Counted from the stretch's first letter, positions 1-10,307 are shown. The stretch: 64,000 nucleotides of DNA from an uncultured Chloroflexia bacterium (GCA_963712745.1 CAVQJC010000015.1:138529-202528), one strand, 5' to 3'. Translations and numbers: made by a program. The notes: generated by a model from the sequence alone, not told the origin.

Positions 1-2205
1 GCCGGGGCCCAGGATGCCGGCAAGTACGTCGAACGCCAGGGTGACCAGCACGTCTACGACGGGGCCAAGCTGATCGACGATATCAACCAGTCGACCATCG
101 AGGAAGACCTGGTCGCCTTCGCCGAGGAGACCGGCATCGATCTCGTGGTCTATACGCAGAAGAAGAGCAAGGTCGGCGCGCGCAAGGACGCCCGGCAGGA
201 AGCAGCCGCACTTCTCGAGGAATGGGGAGTCGGCGGCGAGAGCGGGCAGGGCGCGGTGATGTTCTGGAACGTCCGCCCCGACGGCGAGATCACGCGTAAC
301 GGGATCGCGCTCGGAAGCGCCTTCTCGGCCGGCGATGCCAGGGCCATCGACGAGGCCGTCAACGGCGACATCCGCTCGGCCCTGCAGGAGGGCGACTGGG
401 TCAGTGCCATCAACGTCGGCATCCTCGATCTTGGGGACCGCCTTGTAGCTGCTCCTGCACCCTCCACCACACCGGCCGCCACCCGGCGGCCGACCGCCGC
501 CACCACGAGCCCGGGCACGGGCCCGCTGCGGCCCACGACGACCTCCGGCACCCGACCCACCACGGGCCTTGACCCCGATCCAGGGCCACCCTTCCCCGAC
601 CCCTTCACGGGCGTGGCGGTCTACGACTACGCCGAGGTCATCAGCCCCGACGTCATCGGTCGCCTGGAGCGCTCCATCGATGCTATCGAAGAGCGCACCG
701 CGGCCGAGATCGTCATCTACACGCAGGTGAAACCGGATGCGAATGACCCGGCCAGCACCGAGCGGGATGCCATCGCGCTCATCGACCAGTGGGGCGTCGG
801 GCGGGCCGGCTTCGACGACGGCATGGCCATCTTCTTCAACCTCACCAGCGACCTCTGCCACGGGCAGGTCCAGCTCTACGGCGCGCCCGGCTACCGGGCG
901 GCATACCTCTCGAATACCGAGCGCCAGTCGATCTACGAAGACGTGATGCTGCCGCGCCTGCGGAGCTGCGACTTCGATGAAGCCCTCGTCTCGGCCATGG
1001 CCGAGCTCGATGCGACCGCCACCGCCGACCACGCTCGGAACCTGCAGGTGGGACGGCAGCTCGATGCGGCATCGGGCCTCATCGCCGCCCCGCTGCTGCT
1101 CATGGGGCTCATCGGTTGGGCCGGCTGGTCATGGCTGCGATACGGACGTGATCCGGTCTACCTCGACGATGCGTCGATCCTCATGCCCGCGCCCCCGCCG
1201 GGCCTGTCGCCGGCGGCCGCGGCCGTGATCATGGACGGGAGATCCAAGCGGCGGGCTCTGACGACGACACTGGTGGACCTGGCGGCGCGCGGAGAGATCA
1301 GCTTCCGCGCGGCCGAAAACGATCCCGCCGAGCTCTCCATCGACATCACCGTGCCCGACCAGCGTGATGCACGGCTGGCTCGCAACCGCCGTCTGCCCCT
1401 GGGCCAGGCCGAGAAGTACGCGCTCGATGAGCTCAGGAGACTCGGCGGCGCCAAACGCACCATCGATGCCGACGACGTGCCCAAGTTCGCCAAGACCGTG
1501 GGTGGCTTCGACGACCGGATCGAGGACACGGTCGCCCAGAACGGCTGGTTCAGCGAGGCTCCGGGCGACTCGATCGACCGCTGGTCGCGGCGGGGGGCAG
1601 TGGCGCTCATCGGCGGCATCGCAGCCGTGTTCTTCGGTCTCAACCTGCCCAGCAACGGCCTGCTGCTCATCGGCGTGGCGGCCATCGCCGGCGCGGTGGC
1701 CATGTTCGTCATCGCGCGCACCATGCCCCAACGGACGATGGAGGGGGCGCGCATCTACGCGCAACTGGCGGCGTATCGGCGCACGCTGCAGAAGACGCTG
1801 GAGCAGTCGCGCACGATGGAGCAGGTCGTCAGCAGCAAGGCCCTGCCCTGGGTGGAGACGCCGGACCAGGCGGTCGTCTGGGCCTACGCACTGGGTCTGC
1901 ACGAGGAGGCCGAGGAGGTCCTCGAACGCTCGATGGAGGACGTGCGCACGGGTGCAGCCTCGCCCACGCGGACCTACTTCCCACTCTGGTATGGCATCGG
2001 CGCACGCTCGTCTCCACGCATCAGCGGCGGCGGCCGCGCGCCGACCGCAGGCCTCTTCTCGAGCGGCGTGGTGCCCGACTTCACGAGCATGACTGCGGCG
2101 CTGACGACGATCGGCTCCGCGCCCAGCTCGTCGGGTAGCGGCGGGGGTGGCTTCAGCGGTGGCGGCAGCGGTGGCGGAGGCGGTGGCGCCGGCGGTGGCT
2201 TCTAG
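1..2205 (+). CDS. Membrane protein with two TPM domains and a DUF2207-like C-terminus (5' partial)
   Basis: Frame is open from base 1; two TPM-like segments (VYD.A..I...EIVIYT, WGVGR.GFDDG); Pro/Thr linker; TM helices; Gly/Ser tail GGGFSGGGSGGGGGG. Confidence 0.8.
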   Translation, partial: AGAQDAGKYVERQGDQHVYDGAKLIDDINQSTIEEDLVAFAEETGIDLVVYTQKKSKVGARKDARQEAAALLEEWGVGGESGQGAVMFWNVRPDGEITRNGIALGSAFSAGDARAIDEAVNGDIRSALQEGDWVSAINVGILDLGDRLVAAPAPSTTPAATRRPTAATTSPGTGPLRPTTTSGTRPTTGLDPDPGPPFPDPFTGVAVYDYAEVISPDVIGRLERSIDAIEERTAAEIVIYTQVKPDANDPASTERDAIALIDQWGVGRAGFDDGMAIFFNLTSDLCHGQVQLYGAPGYRAAYLSNTERQSIYEDVMLPRLRSCDFDEALVSAMAELDATATADHARNLQVGRQLDAASGLIAAPLLLMGLIGWAGWSWLRYGRDPVYLDDASILMPAPPPGLSPAAAAVIMDGRSKRRALTTTLVDLAARGEISFRAAENDPAELSIDITVPDQRDARLARNRRLPLGQAEKYALDELRRLGGAKRTIDADDVPKFAKTVGGFDDRIEDTVAQNGWFSEAPGDSIDRWSRRGAVALIGGIAAVFFGLNLPSNGLLLIGVAAIAGAVAMFVIARTMPQRTMEGARIYAQLAAYRRTLQKTLEQSRTMEQVVSSKALPWVETPDQAVVWAYALGLHEEAEEVLERSMEDVRTGAASPTRTYFPLWYGIGARSSPRISGGGRAPTAGLFSSGVVPDFTSMTAALTTIGSAPSSSGSGGGGFSGGGSGGGGGGAGGGF

Positions 2206-2262
2206 AAGAGGCGCGTGCTCGATGTTTCGGCGCTCGCGCCGCCGGTCGCCTAGTCTGTAGTC

Positions 2263-2592
2263 ATGGGTGCGAGCGACACGATGGAGATCTTCTTCGAGAA
2301 GCTGAACGAGGGTGACCGCCAGGGCGCGGTCGACCTCATGGAGGAGCGCGTCGAGATGCGCGTGCACGTGCGCGACGGTTCGCGGACCCTGCGCGGCGTG
2401 AGCCAGGTCGGCGGCTGGTTCCTGCGCGGGGATACGGGCCTGAAGATGGTGCCCGGCGAGGTGCGCGAGATGGGCAACACCTACGAGGCCGACCTGCTCG
2501 TCCTGCGCCCCGATGCCCCCTCACAGCACATCGACGCCACGTTCCGCGTGGAAGCCGGCAAGATCACCAGCATCAACTTCTCGCCGCGCTAG
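2263..2592 (+). CDS. Small SnoaL/NTF2-like protein
   Basis: 109 aa; FFEKLNEGD...TLRG...TFRVEAGKITSI pattern; TAGTCT 6 nt before ATG. Confidence 0.6.
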   Translation: MGASDTMEIFFEKLNEGDRQGAVDLMEERVEMRVHVRDGSRTLRGVSQVGGWFLRGDTGLKMVPGEVREMGNTYEADLLVLRPDAPSQHIDATFRVEAGKITSINFSPR

Positions 2593-3479
2593 CGGCGCTC
2601 AGCGGGGCCGCCAGCGGCCGTCGCCCGAACGGACCAGGCGGCCACCGGTCCGGCCACGCCCTTGAGCTCCAGCTGGCGCTGCTCTGCCCGCTCGAGCGGT
2701 TGCCCCAGCTGAGACGCTGCGGCATCGCTCACCAGCAGCTCAGCCGCAGCCGCCGAGGAGCTGATGCGCTCGGCTACATTGACCACGTCCCCGAGGGCGG
2801 TGAAGTCCGTGGGCTGGCCCGGCTGGCCCACGATGCCGACGTAGGCTTCGCCCAGATGCACTCCGATGCCGACCGGCAGCGGGCGCTCACCCGGCGGCAG
2901 GTCGGGATGATCGGCGACCTGGTCCATGATGCGCCGTGCGGCAGTGACTGCCACGTCTGCCGCCTCGCCGTCCACGAAACCTCTGATGAACAGGGCTAGC
3001 ACGCCGTCGCCAAGGTACTTGTCGACGATCCCACCCGAGCCTTGCACCGCCGCAGCCACGATGCCGTAGAAGACGTTGAGCAGGTTCCGGTACTCCCCCG
3101 GCTTCATGCGTGCTGCGATCTGCGTGGAGCCGCGGAGGTCCGCGAACATCACCGCCAGGTCCACTTCGGCCCCACCCTGCGTCTTCCTCATCGCGTCCAT
3201 GCACTTGCCGCAGAGGCTGGGGTTGTCCTCCCAGGGGCCATAGCCGAGGCGTCTCACGAACGGTCCGAACGGTCGGCCGTACGGCGCGTAGCACCACTTG
3301 CAGCGCGGCTCGGAGGGCAGGTGACGGAAGAGGGCCCGACCAACGCGGGACAGCGGCTCCAGCTGAGCGCGGCCCGTCAGCAGATCCCGCCAGTACTGCT
3401 CGACTTCGGGATCCTGGTCGACAGCGGGGGCGCGCGAGGGGTCGTCTGTCCGGTCTGTCAGCGGGGGGACGTCGGGCAC
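2589..3479 (-). CDS. Class III adenylate/guanylate cyclase with N-terminal CxxC...CxxC segment
   Basis: FADLRGST, VDKYLGDG and DFTALGDVVNVAERI motifs; start moved to GTG at 3479. Confidence 0.85.
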   Translation of the reverse strand: MPDVPPLTDRTDDPSRAPAVDQDPEVEQYWRDLLTGRAQLEPLSRVGRALFRHLPSEPRCKWCYAPYGRPFGPFVRRLGYGPWEDNPSLCGKCMDAMRKTQGGAEVDLAVMFADLRGSTQIAARMKPGEYRNLLNVFYGIVAAAVQGSGGIVDKYLGDGVLALFIRGFVDGEAADVAVTAARRIMDQVADHPDLPPGERPLPVGIGVHLGEAYVGIVGQPGQPTDFTALGDVVNVAERISSSAAAAELLVSDAAASQLGQPLERAEQRQLELKGVAGPVAAWSVRATAAGGPAERR

Positions 3480-3516
3480 GAGCGCATCATGCCATCGCTT
3501 GCCTGACGGGGAAAGC

Positions 3517-4656
3517 CTACGGTTCGGGCGTGGCGTTGCGCCAGTTCGGAGGGCAGCTGAAGCCCTCGGGCGGGATCTCATAGCGTGCGCCGAGCTGCAC
3601 GATGTTCTTGTTGACGATGCCGTTGAGGCACTGGAGGTGGGCGGGCTTGACCTCGAACTTGGCCGCGATAGCGCTGAGCGTGTCGCCGGCTTTGACCTTG
3701 TAGAACCGGCGCTTGGGCTCTTCGGTCTGACCAGGCTCCTCGCTGGGGGCCGGCGTGACCACCGGCGCACGGGTGGTAGTGGGGACCACCAAGGCCGCTG
3801 GCTCAGGAGAGGTCGCGGCCGAGGGCCCACCGTCGTCGCCACCGCCGAGCTGGGTCGCCACGAGGAAGACGACGATGGAGACCACCAAGAGCCCCAGAAC
3901 ACCGAGCAGGATCGGCGGCGTGATGCCGTGGCGGCGGCTGACCAGCGGCTCGTGGGCGGGCGGATCGGCATAGAACCACTCGCCCGAACCACGCGACCGG
4001 ATGGGATCGAGGGGAGGCTTGCGGCGGCGCATCGGCAGCGCGGCCGGGACCTTCGGTGCCTGCGTCGATTCCTCGCCGCCGGCCGGGTCGGGCTCTTCAT
4101 CGGCCTCTTCGTCGGGCTCGTCCTCGATGGCCTCGAGCTCGGCAGCCTCTATCTCCGCGCGCTCATCCCAGGGCACCTCAGCCCAGGCAGAGGCGGAGAC
4201 CCAGTCGAGCCGCTCGGTCGCGCCCACCTGCTCGGTTGCGGCCGGATCGGTCGGCCCGAACAGGCCGTCCTCGGGGGTCGGCTCGGGCAACGAGTCATCC
4301 CCATCGCCGGCCGCTGCGTGGTCGACGCTTGCCTCGTCCACGGCTGCAGCGTCCGGGTCGTGAGTCCCCTCGGGTGCCGCGATGCCGGAGCCCCAGGCTT
4401 TCTTCGCGGCCTCGGTCACATAGGCTGGCTCGGCAGCGTTGCGCGCGGCCCAGGCAAGGAACACCGAGCATCTTGCGAAGTCGGCGGAGTAACAGAACTC
4501 GGACTGGTAGACGAGGTCGCGGCGGCGGGGAGCCTTCTCCGCGTAGCAGCGGTTGTCCTCGTCGGGTGCGTCGGCACGTCGATCGCGATCCTCGGCGAGC
4601 GCAACGAAGGGGCAGACCGAGGGGCCGGCACCTGAGAGAGGACGCGATCCAGTCAC
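3517..4656 (-). CDS. Membrane-anchored LysM protein with Cys-rich N-terminal domain
   Basis: C-terminal YKVKAGDTLSAIAAKF...LNGI LysM; one TM helix; N-terminal CPF...RC...C...RC; TATCAT 6 nt before GTG. Confidence 0.8.
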   Translation of the reverse strand: MTGSRPLSGAGPSVCPFVALAEDRDRRADAPDEDNRCYAEKAPRRRDLVYQSEFCYSADFARCSVFLAWAARNAAEPAYVTEAAKKAWGSGIAAPEGTHDPDAAAVDEASVDHAAAGDGDDSLPEPTPEDGLFGPTDPAATEQVGATERLDWVSASAWAEVPWDERAEIEAAELEAIEDEPDEEADEEPDPAGGEESTQAPKVPAALPMRRRKPPLDPIRSRGSGEWFYADPPAHEPLVSRRHGITPPILLGVLGLLVVSIVVFLVATQLGGGDDGGPSAATSPEPAALVVPTTTRAPVVTPAPSEEPGQTEEPKRRFYKVKAGDTLSAIAAKFEVKPAHLQCLNGIVNKNIVQLGARYEIPPEGFSCPPNWRNATPEP

Positions 4657-4840
4657 CGCTCGATGATACGGCCGAGCCCCGTCTTGGGCCGCCGCGGGCG
4701 GCCAGGCTCGCGGCCGTCGCAGGGGACAAGCTGGCAGGTCGTTGCGGCCGGAGCAGACGAAGAAGCGGTGAGCCCCTGGGCAGTGGGGCCCACCGCGTGA
4801 GGGCGAGGAGGCGGCCGGCAGCCGGCAGCAGCCGCCCGAT

Positions 4841-6130
4841 CTAGGCGGCCGGCTCCTCCTCCAGGTCGAGCTCGGGCTCAGGTCCCGTGCGCACGACCAT
4901 GCCCGCACCGACGGTGTCACTGGTGGACTCATCGATGAGGATGAAGCCGCCGGTGGCTCGGGACAGGCGGTACTCGTCGAGCAACAGTGGCGTGCTGGTA
5001 CGGATGCGGACGCGGCCGATCTCGTTGAGACCAAGCTCGTCGGCTTCCTGGTCGCGCTGGAGCGAGTTGACGTCCATGCGATAGCGCAGGTCGTCGACGA
5101 TGGCCTTGGCCGAGCGGGTCGCGTGCTTGATGACGTAGCGGCCGCCAGGACGAAGCGGCTCGTCGGCCATCCAGCAGACCATGGCCTCGAAATCGTTGGT
5201 GATCTCGGGCTGGTTGTGCGGACGGCAGATGAGGTCACCGCGTGAGACGTCGACGTCGTCCTCCAGCTGCATGATCACCGACAGCGGCGGCGAAGCCACC
5301 TCGAGCTCGCCGTCGAATGTGCGGATCTCCTTGACCTTGGAACGCTTGCCCGACGGAAGCACGATGACGTCATCGCCCTTCTTGAACGTGCCCGAGGCGA
5401 TCTGGCCGGCGTAGCCACGGAAGTCGTGATGCTCGTCACTCTGCGGCCGCACCACCCACTGCACAGGAAAGCGCACGTCGATGAGGTTGACGTCGGAACC
5501 GATATAGACGTGCTCGAGGTGATAGAGCAGTGACGGGCCCTGGTACCAGGGCATGGCCAGTGAGCGCTGTACGACGTTGTCACCGTGGAGAGCGCTGATG
5601 GGGATGAACTGGATGTCGTGGACGTCGAGCTTGGCGGCCCAGTCCGAGAACTCCTCGGTGATGCGATCGTAGACCTCCTCGTCATAGCCGACGAGATCCA
5701 TCTTGTTGACCGCGACCACGATATGCGGGATGCCCAGCAGAGCCGCGATGAAGGCGTGGCGGTGGGACTGTTCGAGGACGCCGAGGCGGGCGTCGATGAG
5801 CACGATGGCCAGGTCTGCGGTGGATGAGCCAGTGACCATGTTGCGGGTGTACTGCACGTGGCCCGGCGTGTCCGCGATGATGAACTTGCGCTTGGGTGTG
5901 GCGAAGTAGCGGTAGGCCACGTCGATGGTGATGCCCTGCTCACGCTCGGCCCGGAGCCCATCGGTCAGGAGAGCCAGGTCGACCTGGTGGTTGCCACGAG
6001 CCGCACTGGTGCGCTCGATGGCCTGCAGCTGATCCTCGAAGATGCCCTTGGAGTCGAAGAGCAGGCGCCCGATGAGCGTGGACTTGCCGTCGTCGACCGA
6101 ACCGGCGGTGGAGAAACGAAGCAGATCCAT
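4841..6130 (-). CDS. cysN: Sulfate adenylyltransferase subunit 1 (GTPase), no APS-kinase domain
   Basis: MDLLRFSTAGSVDDGKSTLIGRLL, AEREQGITIDVAYRYF, DTPGH, NKMD. Confidence 0.95.
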   Translation of the reverse strand: MDLLRFSTAGSVDDGKSTLIGRLLFDSKGIFEDQLQAIERTSAARGNHQVDLALLTDGLRAEREQGITIDVAYRYFATPKRKFIIADTPGHVQYTRNMVTGSSTADLAIVLIDARLGVLEQSHRHAFIAALLGIPHIVVAVNKMDLVGYDEEVYDRITEEFSDWAAKLDVHDIQFIPISALHGDNVVQRSLAMPWYQGPSLLYHLEHVYIGSDVNLIDVRFPVQWVVRPQSDEHHDFRGYAGQIASGTFKKGDDVIVLPSGKRSKVKEIRTFDGELEVASPPLSVIMQLEDDVDVSRGDLICRPHNQPEITNDFEAMVCWMADEPLRPGGRYVIKHATRSAKAIVDDLRYRMDVNSLQRDQEADELGLNEIGRVRIRTSTPLLLDEYRLSRATGGFILIDESTSDTVGAGMVVRTGPEPELDLEEEPAA

Positions 6131-6131
6131 G

Positions 6132-7067
6132 CTAGAAGTAGCCTTCCTTCTTGCGGTCTTCCATGGACGTCTCGCTGAAGGAGTCGTCAGCACGGGTGGC
6201 GCCGCGTTCGGTGATACGCGCGGCAGCGGTCTCCGCGATGATGGCCTCGAGGTCGGCGGCGTCGGAGTTGACCGCGCCGGTGCAGGTCATGTCACCGACG
6301 GTGCGGTAGCGCACGACCATCCGCTCGATGGACTCGTCGGGACCGGGCTGGAGGTAGGGGCCCGTGGATAGCCACATACCGTCGCGGCGGAAGACCTCGC
6401 GCTCGTGTGCGTAGTAGATGGACGGCACCTCGATGCCCTCACGCTCGATGTACTGCCAGACGTCCATCTCAGTCCAGTTGGAGATGGGGAAGACACGCAT
6501 GTGCTGGCCCTGCCGGATGCGGCCGTTGTAGAGAGCCCACAGCTCGGGGCGCTGGCTGCGAGGCTCCCACTGGCCGAACTCGTCACGCAGGCTGAAGACG
6601 CGCTCCTTGGCACGAGCCTTCTCCTCATCGCGGCGGGCGCCGCCGAAGACGGCGTCGAACTTGTGCTCGGTGATGGCATCGAGCAGGGTCGTGGTCTGGA
6701 GGCGGTTGCGGGAAGGGTTGCCCGGCTCCTCGCGCACGCGGCCCTTGTCGATCGACTCCTGGACGGAGGCCACTATGAGTCGCTCGCCGAGCTCTTCGAC
6801 GCGTCGGTCGCGGAACTTGAGAACCTCGGGGAAGTTGTGCCCGGTGTCGATGTGCATGATCGGGAAGGGGAACTTCGCGGGACGGAAGGCTTTCTCGGCG
6901 ATGCGCAGCAAGACGATGGAGTCCTTGCCGCCGGAGAACAGCAGGACCGGCCGCTGGAACTCGGCCGCGACCTCTCGCATGATGAAGATGGACTCCGCCT
7001 CAAGGGCATCCAGGTGGGTGGCGCGGTGCGCGATGGCGCGCGCGCCCGCGGGTCTCGTTTCGATCAT
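6132..7067 (-). CDS. cysD: Sulfate adenylyltransferase subunit 2
   Basis: LFSGGKDS, GGARRDEEKARAKER, MEDRKKEGYF end; adjacent to cysN. Confidence 0.95.
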   Translation of the reverse strand: MIETRPAGARAIAHRATHLDALEAESIFIMREVAAEFQRPVLLFSGGKDSIVLLRIAEKAFRPAKFPFPIMHIDTGHNFPEVLKFRDRRVEELGERLIVASVQESIDKGRVREEPGNPSRNRLQTTTLLDAITEHKFDAVFGGARRDEEKARAKERVFSLRDEFGQWEPRSQRPELWALYNGRIRQGQHMRVFPISNWTEMDVWQYIEREGIEVPSIYYAHEREVFRRDGMWLSTGPYLQPGPDESIERMVVRYRTVGDMTCTGAVNSDAADLEAIIAETAAARITERGATRADDSFSETSMEDRKKEGYF

Positions 7068-7116
7068 CTGGTGGGGGTCGACCTCTGCTTCACGGATCGG
7101 CGACGACGTCTGTCGC

Positions 7117-7180
7117 TATGCTACCCTTTCCCGACCGATATGATAGACATTATCGGGATAATCAGGTAAGTGGGAGTATA
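7117..7180. promoter_or_regulatory. Overlapping divergent promoters with a shared AT-rich sulfur operator
   Basis: TATGCT on + (7117-7122), TATACT on - (7175-7180); core GATAGACATTATCG (7142-7155) recurs upstream of sbp. Confidence 0.6.
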
Positions 7181-7242
7181 CCCACGATTCCGGGCGCCGC
7201 GCACAGGGGTGGCCGCTGACAAGGGAGCGAACGCAGAGACAC

Positions 7243-8325
7243 GTGAGCGACACCACCTCGGAGGAGACCGCCGCAAGCGCCGTGGCCAGCGCCGCCGCCG
7301 CGAGCCTGGCCGCAGCGCACGAGGCCGCAGCGAGCCAGGCCGCACAGAACGAGGGGCCGGCCTTCCCGCACAGCAAGAGCAAGCCGGCGCAGCTCCCGGG
7401 CATCTGGGAGAAGGAACCCCGCTGGGTCCGCTCCTTCCGCTACAGGATCGACGTTGGGCCCCGCCAGTTCGCCGCCTCGGTGGCAGCGGTCATCATCGCC
7501 ATCGCCGTCGTCTCGGCGACCGTGATACTGGCGCCGGCCGACCAGCGCTCACTCATCGCAGGAGCCTCGCTGGTGGGGCTGGTCGCGGGCGCGGCTCTGA
7601 CCTCGGTCGGCGTCTACGGCGGGGTGCTCGTGCCGGGCCTGCTGCTGCTGGGCGTGCACCCGCTCTTCGCCGCTCCCCTGTCACTCTTCCTGCAAGTGCT
7701 CATCGTGCCCTTCGGCGCCAGCGCCCACGTCCGCCTCGGCAACGTTTCGCGGCCGATCGTGGTGCCGCTCGTCATCGGCGGCGTCATCGGCGCGGTGCTG
7801 GGGCCGGTCGTGGCCTCATTCTTCGAGGCCGACGTCATCCGTCTGGCGGTGGAGGTGCTCATCATCGTCAGCGCCATCCTGCTGCTGGTGAGCCTGCCGC
7901 TGAAGAAGATGCAGGTGTCGCGGCCGCCGGGTGACGAGCCCGCAGCCCGCATCGGGGCCATCGGCACCGCCTCCGGCATGGCCAGCGGCATCTCCGGCGC
8001 CGGGTGGGGCCCGATGGGCGTGACGCTGCTCATCCTCTCACGCCTGGAACCGCGCATCGCGGTGGGCTCCTCGGTGTTCGGGCGCATCTTCATGGCCGCA
8101 GCCGCAGTGGTCAGCGCCGTCGTGCTGCTGTCCACGGGATCGGGTCACTTCGACGAGGTGGTGCCGCAGTGGGAGCTCGTGCCGGCCATCCTGGCGGCTT
8201 CGCTGGCGGCGATGCTACCTGGCGCCATCCTGACCTCGCGCCTGGGCCGCACGCGCATGTCGGTGCTCATCGCCACGGTCTCGATCAGCCTCGCCTCGGC
8301 TGCGCTCATCGTGGGCCTGCTGTAG
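7243..8325 (+). CDS. TauE/SafE family sulfite exporter
   Basis: Multi-TM protein; GVYGGVLVPGL and GISGAGWGP repeat motifs; divergent from cysDN. Confidence 0.75.
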   Translation: MSDTTSEETAASAVASAAAASLAAAHEAAASQAAQNEGPAFPHSKSKPAQLPGIWEKEPRWVRSFRYRIDVGPRQFAASVAAVIIAIAVVSATVILAPADQRSLIAGASLVGLVAGAALTSVGVYGGVLVPGLLLLGVHPLFAAPLSLFLQVLIVPFGASAHVRLGNVSRPIVVPLVIGGVIGAVLGPVVASFFEADVIRLAVEVLIIVSAILLLVSLPLKKMQVSRPPGDEPAARIGAIGTASGMASGISGAGWGPMGVTLLILSRLEPRIAVGSSVFGRIFMAAAAVVSAVVLLSTGSGHFDEVVPQWELVPAILAASLAAMLPGAILTSRLGRTRMSVLIATVSISLASAALIVGLL

Positions 8326-8461
8326 GCGCGGGCGGGTCGCGCTGGCCTGACTGAGCGTGCTGGTCGTGCCGGTCGGGCTGGTCGTGCTGCCGGGCGGGTG
8401 GTGGCGGCGGTGGTGGCGGTGGTGAGCGGTGATACGCGGTGAGGAGCGGTGATGACCGGTT

Positions 8462-8613
8462 GTTCCCGTCAAACGGGACGACGCGACGAGATGGCTGTCG
8501 AACCGTCTTGATCCAGGTCATTCAACGGGATTTCGCGTCACGGTGTCCCGATGGTCGGGAATCCTCGGCGTTTTCTGGACATGCCACGTCGTGTTGTCCC
8601 GTCGAGCGGGAAC
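8462..8613. mobile_element. MITE/REP-like non-coding element with 27-bp imperfect terminal inverted repeats
   Basis: GTTCCCGTCAAACGGGACGACGCGACG ... CGTCGTGTTGTCCCGTCGAGCGGGAAC; related element at 57050-57222. Confidence 0.5.
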
Positions 8614-8704
8614 CGCACGGTGGGGCCTGCGCCGTGGGAACCGCACGGTGGGGCCTGCGCCGTGGGAACCGCACGGTGGGGCCTGCGCCGTGGGAACCGC
8701 ACGG
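8608..8704. repeat. 28-bp tandem repeat, 3 full units plus a partial unit
   Basis: GGGAACCGCACGGTGGGGCCTGCGCCGT at 8608, 8636, 8664; partial at 8692. Confidence 0.95.
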
Positions 8705-8824
8705 AGGTCCGCGCTGAAGAGTCCGCGCCGGGAGGACCGAGTCCCTAACAGGGCGCCGGCGCCGGAGGCTCGGGCCCCAGCGCCGGCGCGCCGTTCGCGG
8801 CTGGTATTCAGGTAAGGGTCGCTG

Positions 8825-10222
8825 CTATGGCTTGATGTCGAGCAGGATCTGTGCCTTGCGCAGGTTGGCGTTGCGATCGTTCCAGGCAGGGACGCGGAGG
8901 CGGAAGCAGTCGGCGTTGGCAGCGGAGACGAGGACCCGCGAGGAGTCGCGCCCTGCCGGGTACACGGAGAACTCCTTGAGGTTGCGCAGGCCGCCGGGGC
9001 GATAGCCGCGCAGGCCGAGGTTGCCCTTGAAGCCGTCTGCCAGGTGGAGGCTGACGGTGGCCAGGCCGCTGGAGGGACGGCGCACACCGGGCACCGCGGC
9101 TCGGAGACGCGAGTTGGCGAACGCCTCCGCTGTGATGCTGGCCGGCGCGCCAGTCCCCGGACCGATGCGATCCAAGTGGAGCACGACACGCTCGTAGCCC
9201 GAGCCGTCCGCGAACGACACCCGACCCAGGGACCAGACGCGGCCACGCGGGTCCTCGAGGCGTACCGAGCCGTCGCAGATCCAGCCGCTGCGCCTCGTCT
9301 GCACCCCGGCGTCCCTGGGCGTGATGGACGTCTCCGATCGTGCTCCGCCGGCTGTCTGATCGACACCCTCACCGTCGAGCGTGGTCGTGGATAGCCCTCG
9401 GTCCGAGCCAGCCTCGAGCGGGTCCGACTCGAGCGGATCCGGGCCGGCCTCGAGCGGATCCGGGCCAGCCTCGAGCGGGTCCGACTCGAGCGGGTCGGAC
9501 TCGAGTGGGTCGAGGCTGAGGTCTCGTGCGAGCACCTGCGCCGAGGCCGGCATCTCCGTCGGGCCGGCGGCCGCACGCGTCGGTGCGAACGTCGCGGGCG
9601 CGTCGTCAGCGTCCGTCGCGGCCGCGATCGAGGGGGCCGGAGAGGACGGGGCCAGCATGGCAGCCGCGGCGGGCTCACGCGCACCGCCTCGCGGCGCCAG
9701 GGTGGCGTACATCGCCGAGACACCGACGACGGCGGCGACCACGAGGGACGCCGCGAGGAAGGCACGACGGCCGCGCGAGGCGTGCCGCCGCTGCCTGGCA
9801 TCGGAGCCTGACGCGAGGCCAGCGGCGCCGAAGCCCGAGAACGCGGTGGGGACCGATGCGGGCGGCAGCGCGGTCACGGGCGCCGCTCGCAGCTGCTCGG
9901 ACGGCCCCGAAGACGGACTGGAGCCGATGAACGATGCGCACTCGATGCAGAACGAGCGGCTAGGCAGATTGGGCGTGTCACAGCTCCAGCACGACACCGT
10001 CGAGCCCGTTTCCGGGGCGGGAGCCGCCGCCCGGAAGGCGCCCTGCACGGGGATAGGTGACGGGGCACGCGCTGGCGGAGGAGCGGCGGCGGAAGCGGCA
10101 GGCACAGCGGAGTCGAACCGCTCGACCTCGGCCGGGGGCAGGAGCGACTCGCAAACGCCACAGAAGACTGAGGCGGCAGGGACTCGCGAGCCGCAGGCAG
10201 GACAGACAAGTTGGTCGGGCAC
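8825..10222 (-). CDS. Double zinc-ribbon membrane protein with AMIN-like C-terminal domain
   Basis: CPACG...FCGVC and CWSC...FCIEC; one TM; GYERVVLHLD...ILLDIK C-terminus. Confidence 0.65.
   Translation of the reverse strand: MPDQLVCPACGSRVPAASVFCGVCESLLPPAEVERFDSAVPAASAAAPPPARAPSPIPVQGAFRAAAPAPETGSTVSCWSCDTPNLPSRSFCIECASFIGSSPSSGPSEQLRAAPVTALPPASVPTAFSGFGAAGLASGSDARQRRHASRGRRAFLAASLVVAAVVGVSAMYATLAPRGGAREPAAAAMLAPSSPAPSIAAATDADDAPATFAPTRAAAGPTEMPASAQVLARDLSLDPLESDPLESDPLEAGPDPLEAGPDPLESDPLEAGSDRGLSTTTLDGEGVDQTAGGARSETSITPRDAGVQTRRSGWICDGSVRLEDPRGRVWSLGRVSFADGSGYERVVLHLDRIGPGTGAPASITAEAFANSRLRAAVPGVRRPSSGLATVSLHLADGFKGNLGLRGYRPGGLRNLKEFSVYPAGRDSSRVLVSAANADCFRLRVPAWNDRNANLRKAQILLDIKP
9413..9513 (-). 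repeat. Intragenic 15/21-bp repeats encoding DPLES/DPLEAGP
   Basis: DPLESDPLESDPLEAGPDPLEAGPDPLESDPLEAG in the translation. Confidence 0.85.
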
Positions 10223-10307
10223 GCCGCAAGCCTGATGGCTGGGCTGGGCAGGCGTGAATGAGCAGACGTGCGTAGCGGACAAGTACTACGCCTCGTGTGG
10301 TACCACT

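Noticed and set aside
8608-8704. 28-bp repeats as a CRISPR array
   Set aside because: Units are head-to-tail with no spacers, and there are no cas genes.
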